64,000 nt of DNA from Candidatus Latescibacterota bacterium (GCA_965116875.1 OZ220733.1:4192001-4256000), one strand, 5' to 3'; positions 37,511 to 47,939 are shown, counted from the first letter of the stretch. Notes: generated by a model not told the origin, from the letters alone. Numbers and translations are program-made.

Positions 37511-40063
37511 TCACTCCGATGTTGAAAGCGTCAATCTGGCGCTTTCAATCCTGTCGATCCGGAACGGACGTTCGCCTTTGCGGTGCCTGCAGAAGCCATA
37601 CAGTACCCCGTCATCCACAAGAATCGGCTCAATCGAACGGGACGTGGTTTTGGCGCTGCGTTCGGCCGTGAAGACAATCACAAGGCAGAGGCGATGTTCC
37701 ATGGCGTAGTCGATCAACCGACCGATGTCACCCTCGCCGGTGGCGGGGTTCGCGCCCTTGTATTGGGAGAGCGCCTGGACGTCGTCGCGGTACGGCCCGC
37801 CTCTGAAGAGCGACTCAAAGGACCGGCAACAGTCGTTCAAAACGCTTCTGCATTCGCTGTCAGGTATGCCCTGGAGGCTCCTTCGTACACGTTTCCGGAG
37901 GCTTTCCAGATCCTCCGGAAGCGGAATCGAACGCGCGCTGAAAGACTGAACGGCGGTCTCCAGGAATCCCGCCAGTTGCAGCAGTTCCGACCGCTTCAGT
38001 GAAAGACTGTGCTGTTCATCGTCCGGTTTTCCGCTGGCCACGGTCGGCATATAGCCGCGCCCGTTCAGGGCATCCACGAGTTCGTCGATGCGCGTCGACG
38101 GGTTGAGTGCGGCCGTCGTCGGCGAGAGTCGAACGCCGAGCAGGGAAGCCACCTTGTTCTGTACCAGGAGTTCGTCCAGCAGTTCGGGTCGTTCGCTGAC
38201 CAGATAGCCGGAAGCCGGCGCGATTTCAATCTCACCGTGTTTGCGTTCGCACTCCTGGATCAGGGCGTCCACCATCTCCGGCAAACCGGTGGCGCTGTGG
38301 GTCCGAAAAAACTCCCTGAGAGAAGCTCCATCCCATCCCCTGCTCATTGCCTTGTGGACAGTCTGCGGCGAGACCCGGAATCTTGCCAGTACGTCGACTT
38401 CCCTGAGTTCCGCAATGGAAAACAGCCGGATGTACAGGGCGAAGGACAGGTCCGGCGGAGAGAGGATTTCAAGATTGGGCTGCAGGATAAACCGTCCGTT
38501 GCGACGGGAGGAGGACTCTCCGTTGGTTCTCGCCGGCTCCCGGCCCTGGATGAGCGCCGCGCCGGATCCGGTGAGCTTGAAGACGCCACGGTGATCCGGC
38601 TCGAGGGGTTCGGCGAAAGCGTCAGGGTTTCCGATAACGACAATGCCCATCCATGTCAGCGAGGAAACGAGAATGCGTCTGAGCAGTTCGTCTCCGCCGC
38701 CGCGGACAGGATCTCGCGCCGCCCTTGGACGTCCGTCGAGGCGGGCGAAAGATTCGGATCGGCGCGTGAGCAACGTGTAGAACCGGGGATAGGATATCCA
38801 GCTGTCTTCGGGACAGTTGGCAAGGCAGTCCAGCAGGTCGCGGCGAAGCGCTCTGAGCGTGTCCGTCCTGTTGCGTACCCGCGTGCCGGACCGTTCCGTG
38901 GTCCATTCATTCCAGCGGTCGGTCTCCCGCCAGAGCGCGAAGAGCGCGTTTCGGACGTCGAACGCATGGTTGAGCCGGTCGGCAACGTCAGCGGCCAGAC
39001 GCCATGTACCGGCATCCCGCCGGATGAATCCGGTCGTTTCGGCAAACAGCAACAGGAATTCGGTATAACCCGGATCGATATCGCCCCGGTAATATTTGTT
39101 CACGTCCCTGAGACGTGCCCTGGAAACCCCGCCCTGTTTCAGTACCCGCGGCCTGCGCTGCTCGACGAATCCGAGAAGGGTGCACAGATTGGGTACCAGG
39201 AAGGACGTATGCTCCCGGGTCAGCGAGGGGTCCGGCCCGGTGTTCACCACGTTCTTCTCGAACGTGTCATCGATCTGGTCGCCCAGGGCCTGAATAGCGG
39301 GTTTCAGATCCGTAGCCAGGTGCATCTGCGTATCTGTCAGGAGTCGATCCGTCGAATGGAAAAACAGGGGCGTCTTCCATACCATCTCGTCGAGCGCACG
39401 CAGTCCTTCTTCGCCCATGGCGCTGAGGATTTCACCCTGCGTGACGGCATCTCCGGCCACGGCGAGGTCCAGAATGGCTCTCTTCGTTTCCGGCAGGCTG
39501 TTCATGTAGGCCTTCAGATGCTCCGGATCCAGTAGCCGGATGCGGATGGCGCGCGCCAGTAAAACGCGCCGGGAGTCTTCATACGGGCAGCTCAGTTCCC
39601 TCGCGAATGCGCGAAGGAGCCCGATCGACTGCGACTGCATCAGGCTGCGGAGCCTCCCCCGATCCCCGGCCGGCAGGGGAATGGCCTTCAGGATCGGTTC
39701 CGGAATACCCACGAGATGGACGCCAGTCCCGAGGGTTTCGGCATCTTCGAAGACCAGGCCGATTTCGGAGACCGCGTCCTGCATGGTCTGGAATCGGTGG
39801 GTAAATCCCGCCCCCAACTCGTCTACGGCGTCTTCCTTGAGAAGTTCGCCTCCCTCTGCGGCCAGAGCGACCACATATTCCCTGTGCTGGGGCTTGAGCC
39901 CATCCATGTGTTTGCCCACCAGCGACGGGTTGGAAAGGTGGCTGCACAGCATATCGATCAGCACCGTCTTGTTGGCGCCGGGTTGAATCGGCAGGTCGGT
40001 TGCGTCGGCGATCCGGCGGAGCCTGCTGGTGGTCTGGAGGCTGAGTACGGCTCGCAGCTTCAT
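37511..40063 (-). CDS. helicase-associated (XPB-binding, Helicase_C_3-like) domain protein with C-terminal WYL domain
   Basis: ILQPNLEIL..P...FRVSPQTVHKAMSRG...FFRTHS..GLPEMV...ECERKHG; C-terminus RSIEP...LYGFCRHRKGERPFRIDRI. Confidence 0.85.
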   Translation of the reverse strand: MKLRAVLSLQTTSRLRRIADATDLPIQPGANKTVLIDMLCSHLSNPSLVGKHMDGLKPQHREYVVALAAEGGELLKEDAVDELGAGFTHRFQTMQDAVSEIGLVFEDAETLGTGVHLVGIPEPILKAIPLPAGDRGRLRSLMQSQSIGLLRAFARELSCPYEDSRRVLLARAIRIRLLDPEHLKAYMNSLPETKRAILDLAVAGDAVTQGEILSAMGEEGLRALDEMVWKTPLFFHSTDRLLTDTQMHLATDLKPAIQALGDQIDDTFEKNVVNTGPDPSLTREHTSFLVPNLCTLLGFVEQRRPRVLKQGGVSRARLRDVNKYYRGDIDPGYTEFLLLFAETTGFIRRDAGTWRLAADVADRLNHAFDVRNALFALWRETDRWNEWTTERSGTRVRNRTDTLRALRRDLLDCLANCPEDSWISYPRFYTLLTRRSESFARLDGRPRAARDPVRGGGDELLRRILVSSLTWMGIVVIGNPDAFAEPLEPDHRGVFKLTGSGAALIQGREPARTNGESSSRRNGRFILQPNLEILSPPDLSFALYIRLFSIAELREVDVLARFRVSPQTVHKAMSRGWDGASLREFFRTHSATGLPEMVDALIQECERKHGEIEIAPASGYLVSERPELLDELLVQNKVASLLGVRLSPTTAALNPSTRIDELVDALNGRGYMPTVASGKPDDEQHSLSLKRSELLQLAGFLETAVQSFSARSIPLPEDLESLRKRVRRSLQGIPDSECRSVLNDCCRSFESLFRGGPYRDDVQALSQYKGANPATGEGDIGRLIDYAMEHRLCLVIVFTAERSAKTTSRSIEPILVDDGVLYGFCRHRKGERPFRIDRIESARLTLSTSE

Positions 40064-40152
40064 CGTTCACCCTGAGTTCTGCGTTTTGAAGGCTTGTATG
40101 GTGCGCAGACACGAAAATACCGACTCTCCACGTCGGTTATCCTGCCTGAACC

Positions 40153-40181
40153 AGTATAGAAAAAACAACAGGTTGTGTCAA
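40153..40181 (-). promoter_or_regulatory. sigma-70 promoter for the WYL gene
   Basis: Minus strand TTGACA-17-TATACT. Confidence 0.7.
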
Positions 40182-40311
40182 GCCGCAATACCCGCTTCCG
40201 GTCGGAAGAGAAAAAGCGGGATCTTGAGCATTCAATCCATATATTGTCGCGGCGCCTGCCGGCACTTCGAGCGGGGTCTTCCCCGCATGACGTGAATCTC
40301 TCTGAGTCCCA

Positions 40312-40911
40312 ATGACCCTATTCTACGCTCAACGGGCTGTTGCCAGGGCAATATCGGCGATTCTCAGCCCCCCGCTCACGGCGGGCTGTATGTCGATCCT
40401 GCTGATTTCAGGGATGCAGGCGCCGCCGAATCACCGCGTATTGTGGCTGAGTATCTGTTTGACATTTGCAACCTGTCTCCCGATGCTGTTCGTGGGCTTC
40501 CTGGTGGCGCGCAAGAAGGTGGACGGATGGTATATCGCGGTTCGATCCCGCCGGCTGATTCCGCTACTGGTGAGTTCAACGAGTTGTTTTGCCGGATTCA
40601 TACTGCTGCGCGCCGCATGCGCGCCGCCGCCGATGTGCGCGTTTTTGCTCGGTTACGGCGTATTGGGACTGCTGGCCGCCGCGGTGAACACGCGGTGGAA
40701 GATCAGCCTTCACTGTGCGGGCGTGTTCGGTCCGTTGGCGATGCTCCATCATCTGATCGGTCCTTCGGTCCTGTACTGGCTGCCCGTTCCGCTTGCGGTT
40801 TCGTGGGCGCGCCTGGTTCTTGGCGCGCACTCTGTTACCGAGGTCGTGGCGGGCTGCGGGACAGGCTTTCTCGTTATGTGGGGCGTCGTCGCCCTGTACC
40901 TGGCAGCTTGA
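40312..40911 (+). CDS. PAP2-like integral membrane protein
   Basis: About 6 TM segments; WKISLH and RLVLGAHSVTEV motifs. Confidence 0.75.
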   Translation: MTLFYAQRAVARAISAILSPPLTAGCMSILLISGMQAPPNHRVLWLSICLTFATCLPMLFVGFLVARKKVDGWYIAVRSRRLIPLLVSSTSCFAGFILLRAACAPPPMCAFLLGYGVLGLLAAAVNTRWKISLHCAGVFGPLAMLHHLIGPSVLYWLPVPLAVSWARLVLGAHSVTEVVAGCGTGFLVMWGVVALYLAA

Positions 40912-40912
40912 A

Positions 40913-42142
40913 TTAATCGCTATACACTTCCGTGTCCTGCCAGAAGGTGATCCAGGCGAACCAGAACGCGCTGTGCCCGGGGACCTGCTGCAGAACGCTG
41001 TCCTTGAGGGGACCCGCAATCGCACGGCCCTTCAAGTCCCAGGTGGTGAGTGTCTCCCGGTCCCGCAGCATAAAGGGATACGTCTGGGAGAGCGACGAAG
41101 TCCTGTCGAAGACCAGTGTCTGCTGCCCGTAGTCCCGGCTGAAGGCGACAGCCATCTGCTCGACGCCATACCAGACCACAACGATGTTTCTCCCTGCCAG
41201 GGTATCGTTGATCACCGCTTCGTCACCCAGCGCCGACGCGGGATATGCTTTTGGTTTTTCGATAAACCGAACGCCGAACGTCATCTCCTTTGGTGAAAAG
41301 AGACCTGCGAGCGGATTGTCTTCAAGACGCGGGAACACCTGGAACTTTGGCGCGGATTCGGGATCCCGGTACATTCCGTAAGGGTATACGTTATACTCGC
41401 TTGCGTCGTATGCGCCCGGCGTGTTGCTGCTGATGACAAACGTATCGGGATGGAGCTGTTTCCAGTATCGCCAGGTGGTTTCGACGAAGGGTGGGGTATT
41501 CAATACCCATCCCGCCCGTACGCCCGAGATGCCCGTATGGGTCATCTGGGGATAGCGAATCTGGTCGTCGTTCAGATCGTACATGATCAGGTTGTTGTTG
41601 AAGAGTTCTCCGGACGCGCCGAACTTCAGGCGGTTGATTGCGCCCCCGCTCCATGCCGAGAAAACGATGCCGCTGCCGGTTAACGGTGAAAACGTGACCA
41701 CAATGGGTTGCCCGCCAATCCGGTCGTTGACGATGAGATGGTACCACGCCATCTTCTGTGGGTAGGCCTTGGAAACGCCGTTGAGGCGCACGCCGATGAC
41801 CATGTCGTTATCCGACAGATAGCGAGCCTCAGCGGAAGCAGCCGGAACGAATCGCGGGTCGATCAGGGCGCGCGTTGCGTCCTTTTCGTAAACGCTCTCG
41901 ATCCTGTCGTGCGGAAACGTCAGGGGGTTCAGGAAATTGCGCCCGGTGAATTCAACCGCCGCGACACGGCTCGAGTCGGCGCCGCCCCCTGTGTTGTCCT
42001 GAAGTACGGTCCTGAACGTCCGGCCGCCGGAGCCTTCGGATTCGTCCTCTGAGTCCACGGGCGTCTCTTCGCCGCAATTGGAAACGCACAGGAGAAGCAG
42101 GGCGAGTTGCAGGCTGAATGACAATCGTGCGATCCACCGCAT
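40913..42142 (-). CDS. DUF3179 family lipoprotein (Cys-to-Ser variant)
   Basis: Lipobox; KAYP...WYHLIVND, FSPLTGSG, FGASGELFNNNLIMYD and AFWFAW motifs. Confidence 0.85.
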   Translation of the reverse strand: MRWIARLSFSLQLALLLLCVSNCGEETPVDSEDESEGSGGRTFRTVLQDNTGGGADSSRVAAVEFTGRNFLNPLTFPHDRIESVYEKDATRALIDPRFVPAASAEARYLSDNDMVIGVRLNGVSKAYPQKMAWYHLIVNDRIGGQPIVVTFSPLTGSGIVFSAWSGGAINRLKFGASGELFNNNLIMYDLNDDQIRYPQMTHTGISGVRAGWVLNTPPFVETTWRYWKQLHPDTFVISSNTPGAYDASEYNVYPYGMYRDPESAPKFQVFPRLEDNPLAGLFSPKEMTFGVRFIEKPKAYPASALGDEAVINDTLAGRNIVVVWYGVEQMAVAFSRDYGQQTLVFDRTSSLSQTYPFMLRDRETLTTWDLKGRAIAGPLKDSVLQQVPGHSAFWFAWITFWQDTEVYSD

Positions 42143-42299
42143 TGTCTCGGTCTGTCCCGGGCGCGGATGTCAGGTGGCTCCTGCCGAAAGAGTTCAGCCG
42201 GCCGGCGAAACCGCCGGCCTCGGGAGTCCTCTTCACGCCGCAAATTGCCCGGCCCCGTAGTGACGGGACCGGGCGATGTGTATTTCACTCTGCCGGGGC

Positions 42300-42926
42300 C
42301 TACCTGAAGAACATCGAGACCCCGACCGTGGCGACGTGGCGGTTCAGGCGCTTGCCTTCGTTAAACAGCGCAACGTAAGCGTAGCGTGTGGTGAGTGCCG
42401 TCCGGTTGGATATGGATCTCCTGAACCCGATGCCGCCGCCCACTTCGCTGACGCCGGCCCATCCCCAGTAGTCTCTGGCGGCGAATGCCTCGAGGAACGG
42501 CGACGTGCGCCTGTCCACTTTCAGCGGGATGTTGAGCCTGTAGAAGCCGGACAGCGAGGAGCCGAATCCGTCTTCGGCCGAAACGGGATATCCTGCCGCG
42601 GTCTGCACGGGCGGGACCGGCGTTTCGATCACTTCCGTCCGGTCTCCAAATCGATCGTATGCCCGGTTGCCAACCACGAAGGAACCGCCGATCTGGTGCA
42701 GGCGGCTCAATGCATACCCTACCGACACACCGCCCCGATAGAACACTTCACCACCGTCGTTAACGCCTGCCGACAGTATCGGGATAATCTCCAGACGCCC
42801 CGCCCGAACGGGACTCAGCGCCACTCCCTTTTCTTCTTCCGGTTCTTCTCCAGGAAAAACTTCGGCATGCGCCGGGGTGATCCAGGACAGCATGCCAACT
42901 GCCAGAACGACGATTGCAAATCTCAT
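42300..42926 (-). CDS. outer-membrane beta-barrel protein
   Basis: Signal peptide (AHA), alternating beta strands, C-terminal VGVSMFFR. Confidence 0.7.
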   Translation of the reverse strand: MRFAIVVLAVGMLSWITPAHAEVFPGEEPEEEKGVALSPVRAGRLEIIPILSAGVNDGGEVFYRGGVSVGYALSRLHQIGGSFVVGNRAYDRFGDRTEVIETPVPPVQTAAGYPVSAEDGFGSSLSGFYRLNIPLKVDRRTSPFLEAFAARDYWGWAGVSEVGGGIGFRRSISNRTALTTRYAYVALFNEGKRLNRHVATVGVSMFFR

Positions 42927-43032
42927 GGTGCGGTTCCTTTCGTTAAGAGCACCCCCGGTGGACCGGCCACATGACGCTCAGAATGGTATGTCGGCGATCA
43001 GGCGCTGTTGTCGTCGCCCAACGCCCGCTACT

Positions 43033-43797
43033 TCAGATACAACCTGGAATGGACTCGCCTCTGACCAGCATGGCGTCGTTATTTTCAGCCGGGCCCGTGT
43101 AGCGGCATCTTGCGCTGACATAGTGCGTGGCATAGCCCCGTCGGCGCAGATCGGATCTGTTCGGCCGGCTGCAGTGCAGGATCAGCCCGTGGTGAAAGCT
43201 GCAACTGCCTGCTTTCAATTCTATGGGTCGTTCTTCCGGCAGCCTGCCGTCCAGTGACATTTCTTCATAGTCCGCCCATTTCTCACCGGGTATGATCCCG
43301 AACCGGTGGGTGCCAGGCAGCATCCAGAGGCATCCGTTCTCGATCGTCGCATCATTCAACGCCGCCCAACAGGTGACCATGTCGGGCGGGTCGATGTGGA
43401 ATCCGAGCGGCATATCCTGGTGGTACGGTTGCCGTGACCCAATTCTGGGCGGCTTCATAAACCACTGGTCCTGATAGAGCTTGAGGTCGGGACCGAGCAG
43501 GGACTCGATCACGTCCAGTATCTTCGGATTGCGTGCGTGGAACTCGAATACGTCGTCGAAGAACGCGAGATGACTCATCTTCCTCAGGGTGTCCGCGAAG
43601 GCGCCGGCCGCCGCCTTTCCCGCATTCACATCGGGCTCCTGCTGCAACAGTCGCACGGGGATGTGCCGGGCCCGGCCGCTGGCAACCCATTCGGCCCTGG
43701 CGAGAAGAGCCTCGACTTCATCGGCGTCGAGCAGATCCTCAATCACCAGCACACCGTCTTCGCCAAATTGCGCCACCTGCGCCTCGGACAGCTTCAT
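43033..43797 (-). CDS. phytanoyl-CoA dioxygenase (PhyH) family protein
   Basis: MKPP..GS...YHQD, ENGCLWMLPGTH and HHGLILHCS.PNRS..RR motifs. Confidence 0.92.
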   Translation of the reverse strand: MKLSEAQVAQFGEDGVLVIEDLLDADEVEALLARAEWVASGRARHIPVRLLQQEPDVNAGKAAAGAFADTLRKMSHLAFFDDVFEFHARNPKILDVIESLLGPDLKLYQDQWFMKPPRIGSRQPYHQDMPLGFHIDPPDMVTCWAALNDATIENGCLWMLPGTHRFGIIPGEKWADYEEMSLDGRLPEERPIELKAGSCSFHHGLILHCSRPNRSDLRRRGYATHYVSARCRYTGPAENNDAMLVRGESIPGCI

Positions 43798-44768
43798 CTC
43801 GCACCTCTCAACCGAACCGATGATCCCACGCCGGATTCGAAGCCCCTTGGAAATACTTTACCCTGATAGGAAAGGCCGACCGCGGCCATCCATCCGGCGG
43901 GATAGTTGCGGCCGTGGATCGAAATATTCACTGCCGTTTCCAGCGTCAATCGGCGGAACGGTCCCAGGCTGATCACGGGCGAAACATAGGTAATTTTCTT
44001 GACGTCCGACTGAATTCTGGCGCCGAAGACGGTAGCGGCTTTGCCCCTGATTCCGTGGACTTTTACGCCGACCAGCGCAAACCGGCGTACCCGAATGCCG
44101 GTTTCCGCGAGGAAGGTCCACTCGTTACCGGGATCCCGATCGGTCTCCGCGTTCCTCAGGCGAAGCCTGTAACCGACGTCGGCATTGGCATAGACGGGCA
44201 TGGGCCAGAAGGAGCGGCCCAGTTGAACGGCGGCATCGAAGTCCCACTGCCCTTCCCCAACCGGAATCAGACCGTCTTCGTTGACAAATTCGCCGGATGG
44301 GGCCTTGAAACCCAACTTCAACGTGCCCACCGTGCCACGGTTGAACAGGTTGACCTTAAGGAGTCCGCGAATGTCTCCGAATCCGGTCGCCCTCCGCGGT
44401 TCTCCAAAACCGGTGAGGAGCGGCGTGTCCTGATACTCCTGCCGGAAGAAGGGCAACTGAAGGCCGAGGTCGATTCTGTCGGTCGCGCCGTAGAACAGAT
44501 CAAAAAAGACCGCGCGGGAACGGTACCTGCCGTTAAATCGAAACGGGGCGCGGTTTCCGACGTCGTAGATCCTTGTGGGATCCGGCCCTCTTCCCGATCC
44601 CGGCGCGCCGACGTATTCCTCGTGTGTCGTCTGCCCCAGGACGGCAACCTTGCACCAGACGTGATTCCTGGGAAGCGTCCATGCGCCTGCATAAACGTCT
44701 TCAGGAATCTGGCAGGCGGAGGCCGCGAGCAGTGTGAACGCGCAGGACCGGAGAAGCATGTTCTTCAT
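43794..44768 (-). CDS. putative outer-membrane barrel/transporter (MetA-phenol-like)
   Basis: Signal peptide plus AGAWTLP; YGATDRIDLGLQLPF, TGFGDI and KAPSG..GEGQWD motifs; start uncertain (44759-44819). Confidence 0.7.
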   Translation of the reverse strand: MKNMLLRSCAFTLLAASACQIPEDVYAGAWTLPRNHVWCKVAVLGQTTHEEYVGAPGSGRGPDPTRIYDVGNRAPFRFNGRYRSRAVFFDLFYGATDRIDLGLQLPFFRQEYQDTPLLTGFGEPRRATGFGDIRGLLKVNLFNRGTVGTLKLGFKAPSGEFVNEDGLIPVGEGQWDFDAAVQLGRSFWPMPVYANADVGYRLRLRNAETDRDPGNEWTFLAETGIRVRRFALVGVKVHGIRGKAATVFGARIQSDVKKITYVSPVISLGPFRRLTLETAVNISIHGRNYPAGWMAAVGLSYQGKVFPRGFESGVGSSVRLRGAR

Positions 44769-44887
44769 TTTCCGTACCGCGGGTCGGATTCGGGATACGT
44801 GAACTGCGTCATCGATCACGGCGCTGTCGGATCATCCTGTCCCGCTTCCATTCGGAGCCGGCGTGTCGGGGTTTCCACGCGTTTCGA

Positions 44888-46057
44888 TCAGGGCTCGTAA
44901 ACCGAGGTGTCCTGCCAGAACGTCGCCCAGGCGAACCAGAATGCGTTGTGAGCGGGGATCTGATAGAGTTGGCTGTCCCTGAGTTCGCCCGCAAGCGCCT
45001 GGCCAAGCAGGTTCCAGCGGCTACCGGTTTCCCGGTCCTTCAACATAAACGAAAACCGCCGATCCGTAGAGGGTACGCGCTCGAACGTCAGTGTCCGATT
45101 GCCGAGGTCCCGAATAAAGGGCATCGCCATCCGCGCTGCGGCGTCGTAAACGACGAGGATGTTCCGGTCCGCGATCCTGTCGTTGATAACGGCCCGGTCG
45201 TCGCCCATTTGCGAAAAGGGATATGCCCTGGCAACGTTCCCGAATCGAACGCCAAGCACGATTTCCTTCGGAGGGTGATCGAAGAGGATTGGATTGTCGT
45301 CCGGATCCGGAAACAGGGGAAACATGGGCGCCGACGCCGGTTCGCGGTAGCCCGTGTAGGGGTACGTTGAGTAACGCTCCGGGCGGTACATACCCATGGA
45401 ACCCGAACTGACGACCAGCGTGCCGGGGTGGAGTTTTTTCCAGTTGCCCCATGTGGTTTCGACCACGGGCATCAACGTGAGTTCCTGTTCGGTTCCGAAG
45501 CCCTTGATGCCTATATGGGTCATCTGGGGGTAAAGGGTGTCCTCAAAGCGACGGTCGTACATTACGAGATTGTTGTTGAACAGCAGGCCGGAGACGCCGA
45601 GTTCCAGCCGTCCGTTGCCCTCGCCCTGCCCGTCGAAGACCATCCCGGTGCCGGTCAGCGGGCACAAAGTGACAACGAGGTGGCGGTCGCTCGCGGCGTC
45701 GTTGACGATTTCATGGTGCCAGCCGATATTGTGCGGGTAGGCCTTGGCGATGCCGTTGAGGTATACTCCGAGTACGAGATCCTCATCCAGAAGGTAGGCG
45801 GCGCCGGCCGAACCCGCGCGGACAAAATCCGGATCCGTCAGCGCCGGGATGCCGTCTTTGGCAACGCCGCCGCTGATCAGACGGTTCATGGGAAAGCGCG
45901 AAACGTCCAGAAAATTCCTGGAAGGCAGCTGCGTCGTGCCGCCCGCTTCGCTTCCGGATTCCGGGGGAGACTCCCCTGCGGGGGACGCGTTGCCGCCGCA
46001 GGCGGCGAAGGCGCCGGCAATAACGAACAGAAATGCCAGGTGAAGGAGGGGCTTCAT
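44888..46057 (-). CDS. DUF3179 family lipoprotein
   Basis: Lipobox FAA-C; SGGVAKDGIPALTDP, WHHEIVND, LCPLTGTG, GVSGLLFNNNLVMYD and AFWFAW motifs. Confidence 0.88.
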   Translation of the reverse strand: MKPLLHLAFLFVIAGAFAACGGNASPAGESPPESGSEAGGTTQLPSRNFLDVSRFPMNRLISGGVAKDGIPALTDPDFVRAGSAGAAYLLDEDLVLGVYLNGIAKAYPHNIGWHHEIVNDAASDRHLVVTLCPLTGTGMVFDGQGEGNGRLELGVSGLLFNNNLVMYDRRFEDTLYPQMTHIGIKGFGTEQELTLMPVVETTWGNWKKLHPGTLVVSSGSMGMYRPERYSTYPYTGYREPASAPMFPLFPDPDDNPILFDHPPKEIVLGVRFGNVARAYPFSQMGDDRAVINDRIADRNILVVYDAAARMAMPFIRDLGNRTLTFERVPSTDRRFSFMLKDRETGSRWNLLGQALAGELRDSQLYQIPAHNAFWFAWATFWQDTSVYEP

Positions 46058-46073
46058 ATGCGTCGTGTCCTAG

Positions 46074-47939
46074 TCTCTAATTAAGCGAGTTATTTCAGAT
46101 TTAAATGTATAAAAGTACCGGAAAGACTTATCTTTGTTGAAGTTAGCAGTCTCGGACGGGAAATTGCTACTCCAACGAAGGGGGCCTTTCCGGTGAAAAG
46201 AATATCGGTAAGAGAAAGCCGCAGGAACAGTACAAAATGTGGGCGCAAGGTACATGTACGGCAGAAGCGCGCGAGTCGCTTTTGTGCGCAAGGCAAGCCG
46301 ATGTTTGGCAGCACGCGTGTACATTACGAGGTCAGCGCAGATGGGCACGCGATGAGCTACGGTGGCATCACGGCGGTGCATCGCCTGGTGACGAAGTTGG
46401 GCTTGGTCAAGGAAATCGACGCGAGGTTGCAGTTGTTGAAGGTGCATCTGCCGTATCACGAGTCGGATCATGTGTTGAACCTTTCCTACAACATCATGTG
46501 CGGCGGCACGCGTCTGGAAGATATCGAGCGTTTGCGACATGACGTGGCCTACATGAATGCCTTGAACGCGGATCTGATCCCGGATCCGACGACCACGGGT
46601 GACTTCACACGTCGCTTCACCGAGGCCGACGTGATCGAGCTGATGGATTGCATTAACGCGGTACGCGCCAAGTTGTGGCGCACACGCGCTACCCGAGACC
46701 TGGCAGGGGTGGCATACATCGACGTGGATGGCACCAGTGCGCCAACGTATGGGCAGAAGAAAGCCGGTATGGACATTTCCTACAAGGGCGTGTGGGGATA
46801 TGCGCCTTTGATCGTGTCGTTGGCCAATACCAAAGAGGTGCTGTATGTGGTCAACCGTCCGGGCAACGCGTCTTCTCACCAGGGCGCCGCATCCTGGATC
46901 GATGCGGCCATCTCCTTGGTGAAGCCCCACGCAGGGCGCGTATGCCTGCGCGGCGACACGGATTTTTCGCTCACCGGTCACTTCGATCGCTGGGCCAAAA
47001 ACGTCGATTTCATCTTCGGCATGGACGCCAACGAGGCCTTGCGAACACGGGCCGAGGCGCTTGACGAAGCGGCCTGGCATCGCCTGCACCGGCCTGTCGC
47101 GCCACAGAAAAGGCACCGACGGGACAATGAGAAGCAGCGCATCGTCAAGGCGCGGGGCTACCTCACCCTGGCGCTCAAGTTCGAAGACGTGGCACAGTTT
47201 GACTATCAGCCCGGCAAGTGCGAACGGACCTACCGCGTCGTGGCCGTGAGAAAAAACATCTCCAAGACGAAAGGCGAGCAGACCCTCTTCGACAATATCC
47301 GGTATTTCTTCTACATCACCACGCGCCACGACCTCACACCTGCCGAAGTCGTCTTTGCGGCCAACAAACGTTGCGACCAGGAAAACGTCATCGAACAACT
47401 CAAAAACGGTGTCAACGCCCTGCGCGTGCCCATGTATGACCTGATCAGTAACTGGGCTTACATGGTCATCGCCGCACTGGCCTGGAACATCAAGTCGTGG
47501 TTTGCCATGATGATGCATCGCATCAAACACCGCCGGCACTATATCCGGATGGACTTTCGCACCTTCCTCAACCACATCATCCTGTTTCCCTGTCGTGTGG
47601 TGAGAAACGCGCGAAGCACCACCGTGCGCATCATCGGCTATCAGCCGTCCCTGAGCAGACTCCTAAGCGCCTGGGCCACCATCGAACGCACCGGCTTCAC
47701 CTGACACCAACTCGAAGGATGACCGCAGATCACCACAGCGTTCGCGTCCATCATCACGCAACGGACCCTTACGCCCAAATCACACACAACCGGTCGCTTT
47801 ACACAGCAAACTCACCTCGACAGACCTCTGTACGACCTCACGCCATCACCATTTGCCAGGCACCATTGCTCTCATCAACCCAAACGCACCAAAATGCGCC
47901 CTTCGGCTCAACAAACAACAATACTCGCTTATTTAAGGC
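46074..47939 (+). mobile_element. IS1380-family insertion sequence (about 1.87 kb)
   Basis: Imperfect TIRs TCTCTAATTAAGCGAGT / ACTCGCTTATTTAAGGC (13/17), flanked by the direct repeat CTAG (46070-73 and 47940-43); lower GC than the flanks. Confidence 0.88.
46193..47704 (+). CDS. IS1380-family DDE transposase
   Basis: LPYHESDHV, PDPTT.GDF.RRF, IDVDGT, LRGDTDFS, RCDQENVIEQLK and NWAYMVIAALAWN motifs. Confidence 0.92.
   Translation: MKRISVRESRRNSTKCGRKVHVRQKRASRFCAQGKPMFGSTRVHYEVSADGHAMSYGGITAVHRLVTKLGLVKEIDARLQLLKVHLPYHESDHVLNLSYNIMCGGTRLEDIERLRHDVAYMNALNADLIPDPTTTGDFTRRFTEADVIELMDCINAVRAKLWRTRATRDLAGVAYIDVDGTSAPTYGQKKAGMDISYKGVWGYAPLIVSLANTKEVLYVVNRPGNASSHQGAASWIDAAISLVKPHAGRVCLRGDTDFSLTGHFDRWAKNVDFIFGMDANEALRTRAEALDEAAWHRLHRPVAPQKRHRRDNEKQRIVKARGYLTLALKFEDVAQFDYQPGKCERTYRVVAVRKNISKTKGEQTLFDNIRYFFYITTRHDLTPAEVVFAANKRCDQENVIEQLKNGVNALRVPMYDLISNWAYMVIAALAWNIKSWFAMMMHRIKHRRHYIRMDFRTFLNHIILFPCRVVRNARSTTVRIIGYQPSLSRLLSAWATIERTGFT

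Noticed and set aside
46070-47575. 501-aa minus-strand ORF
   Set aside because: Antisense shadow of the IS1380 transposase with no recognisable motifs
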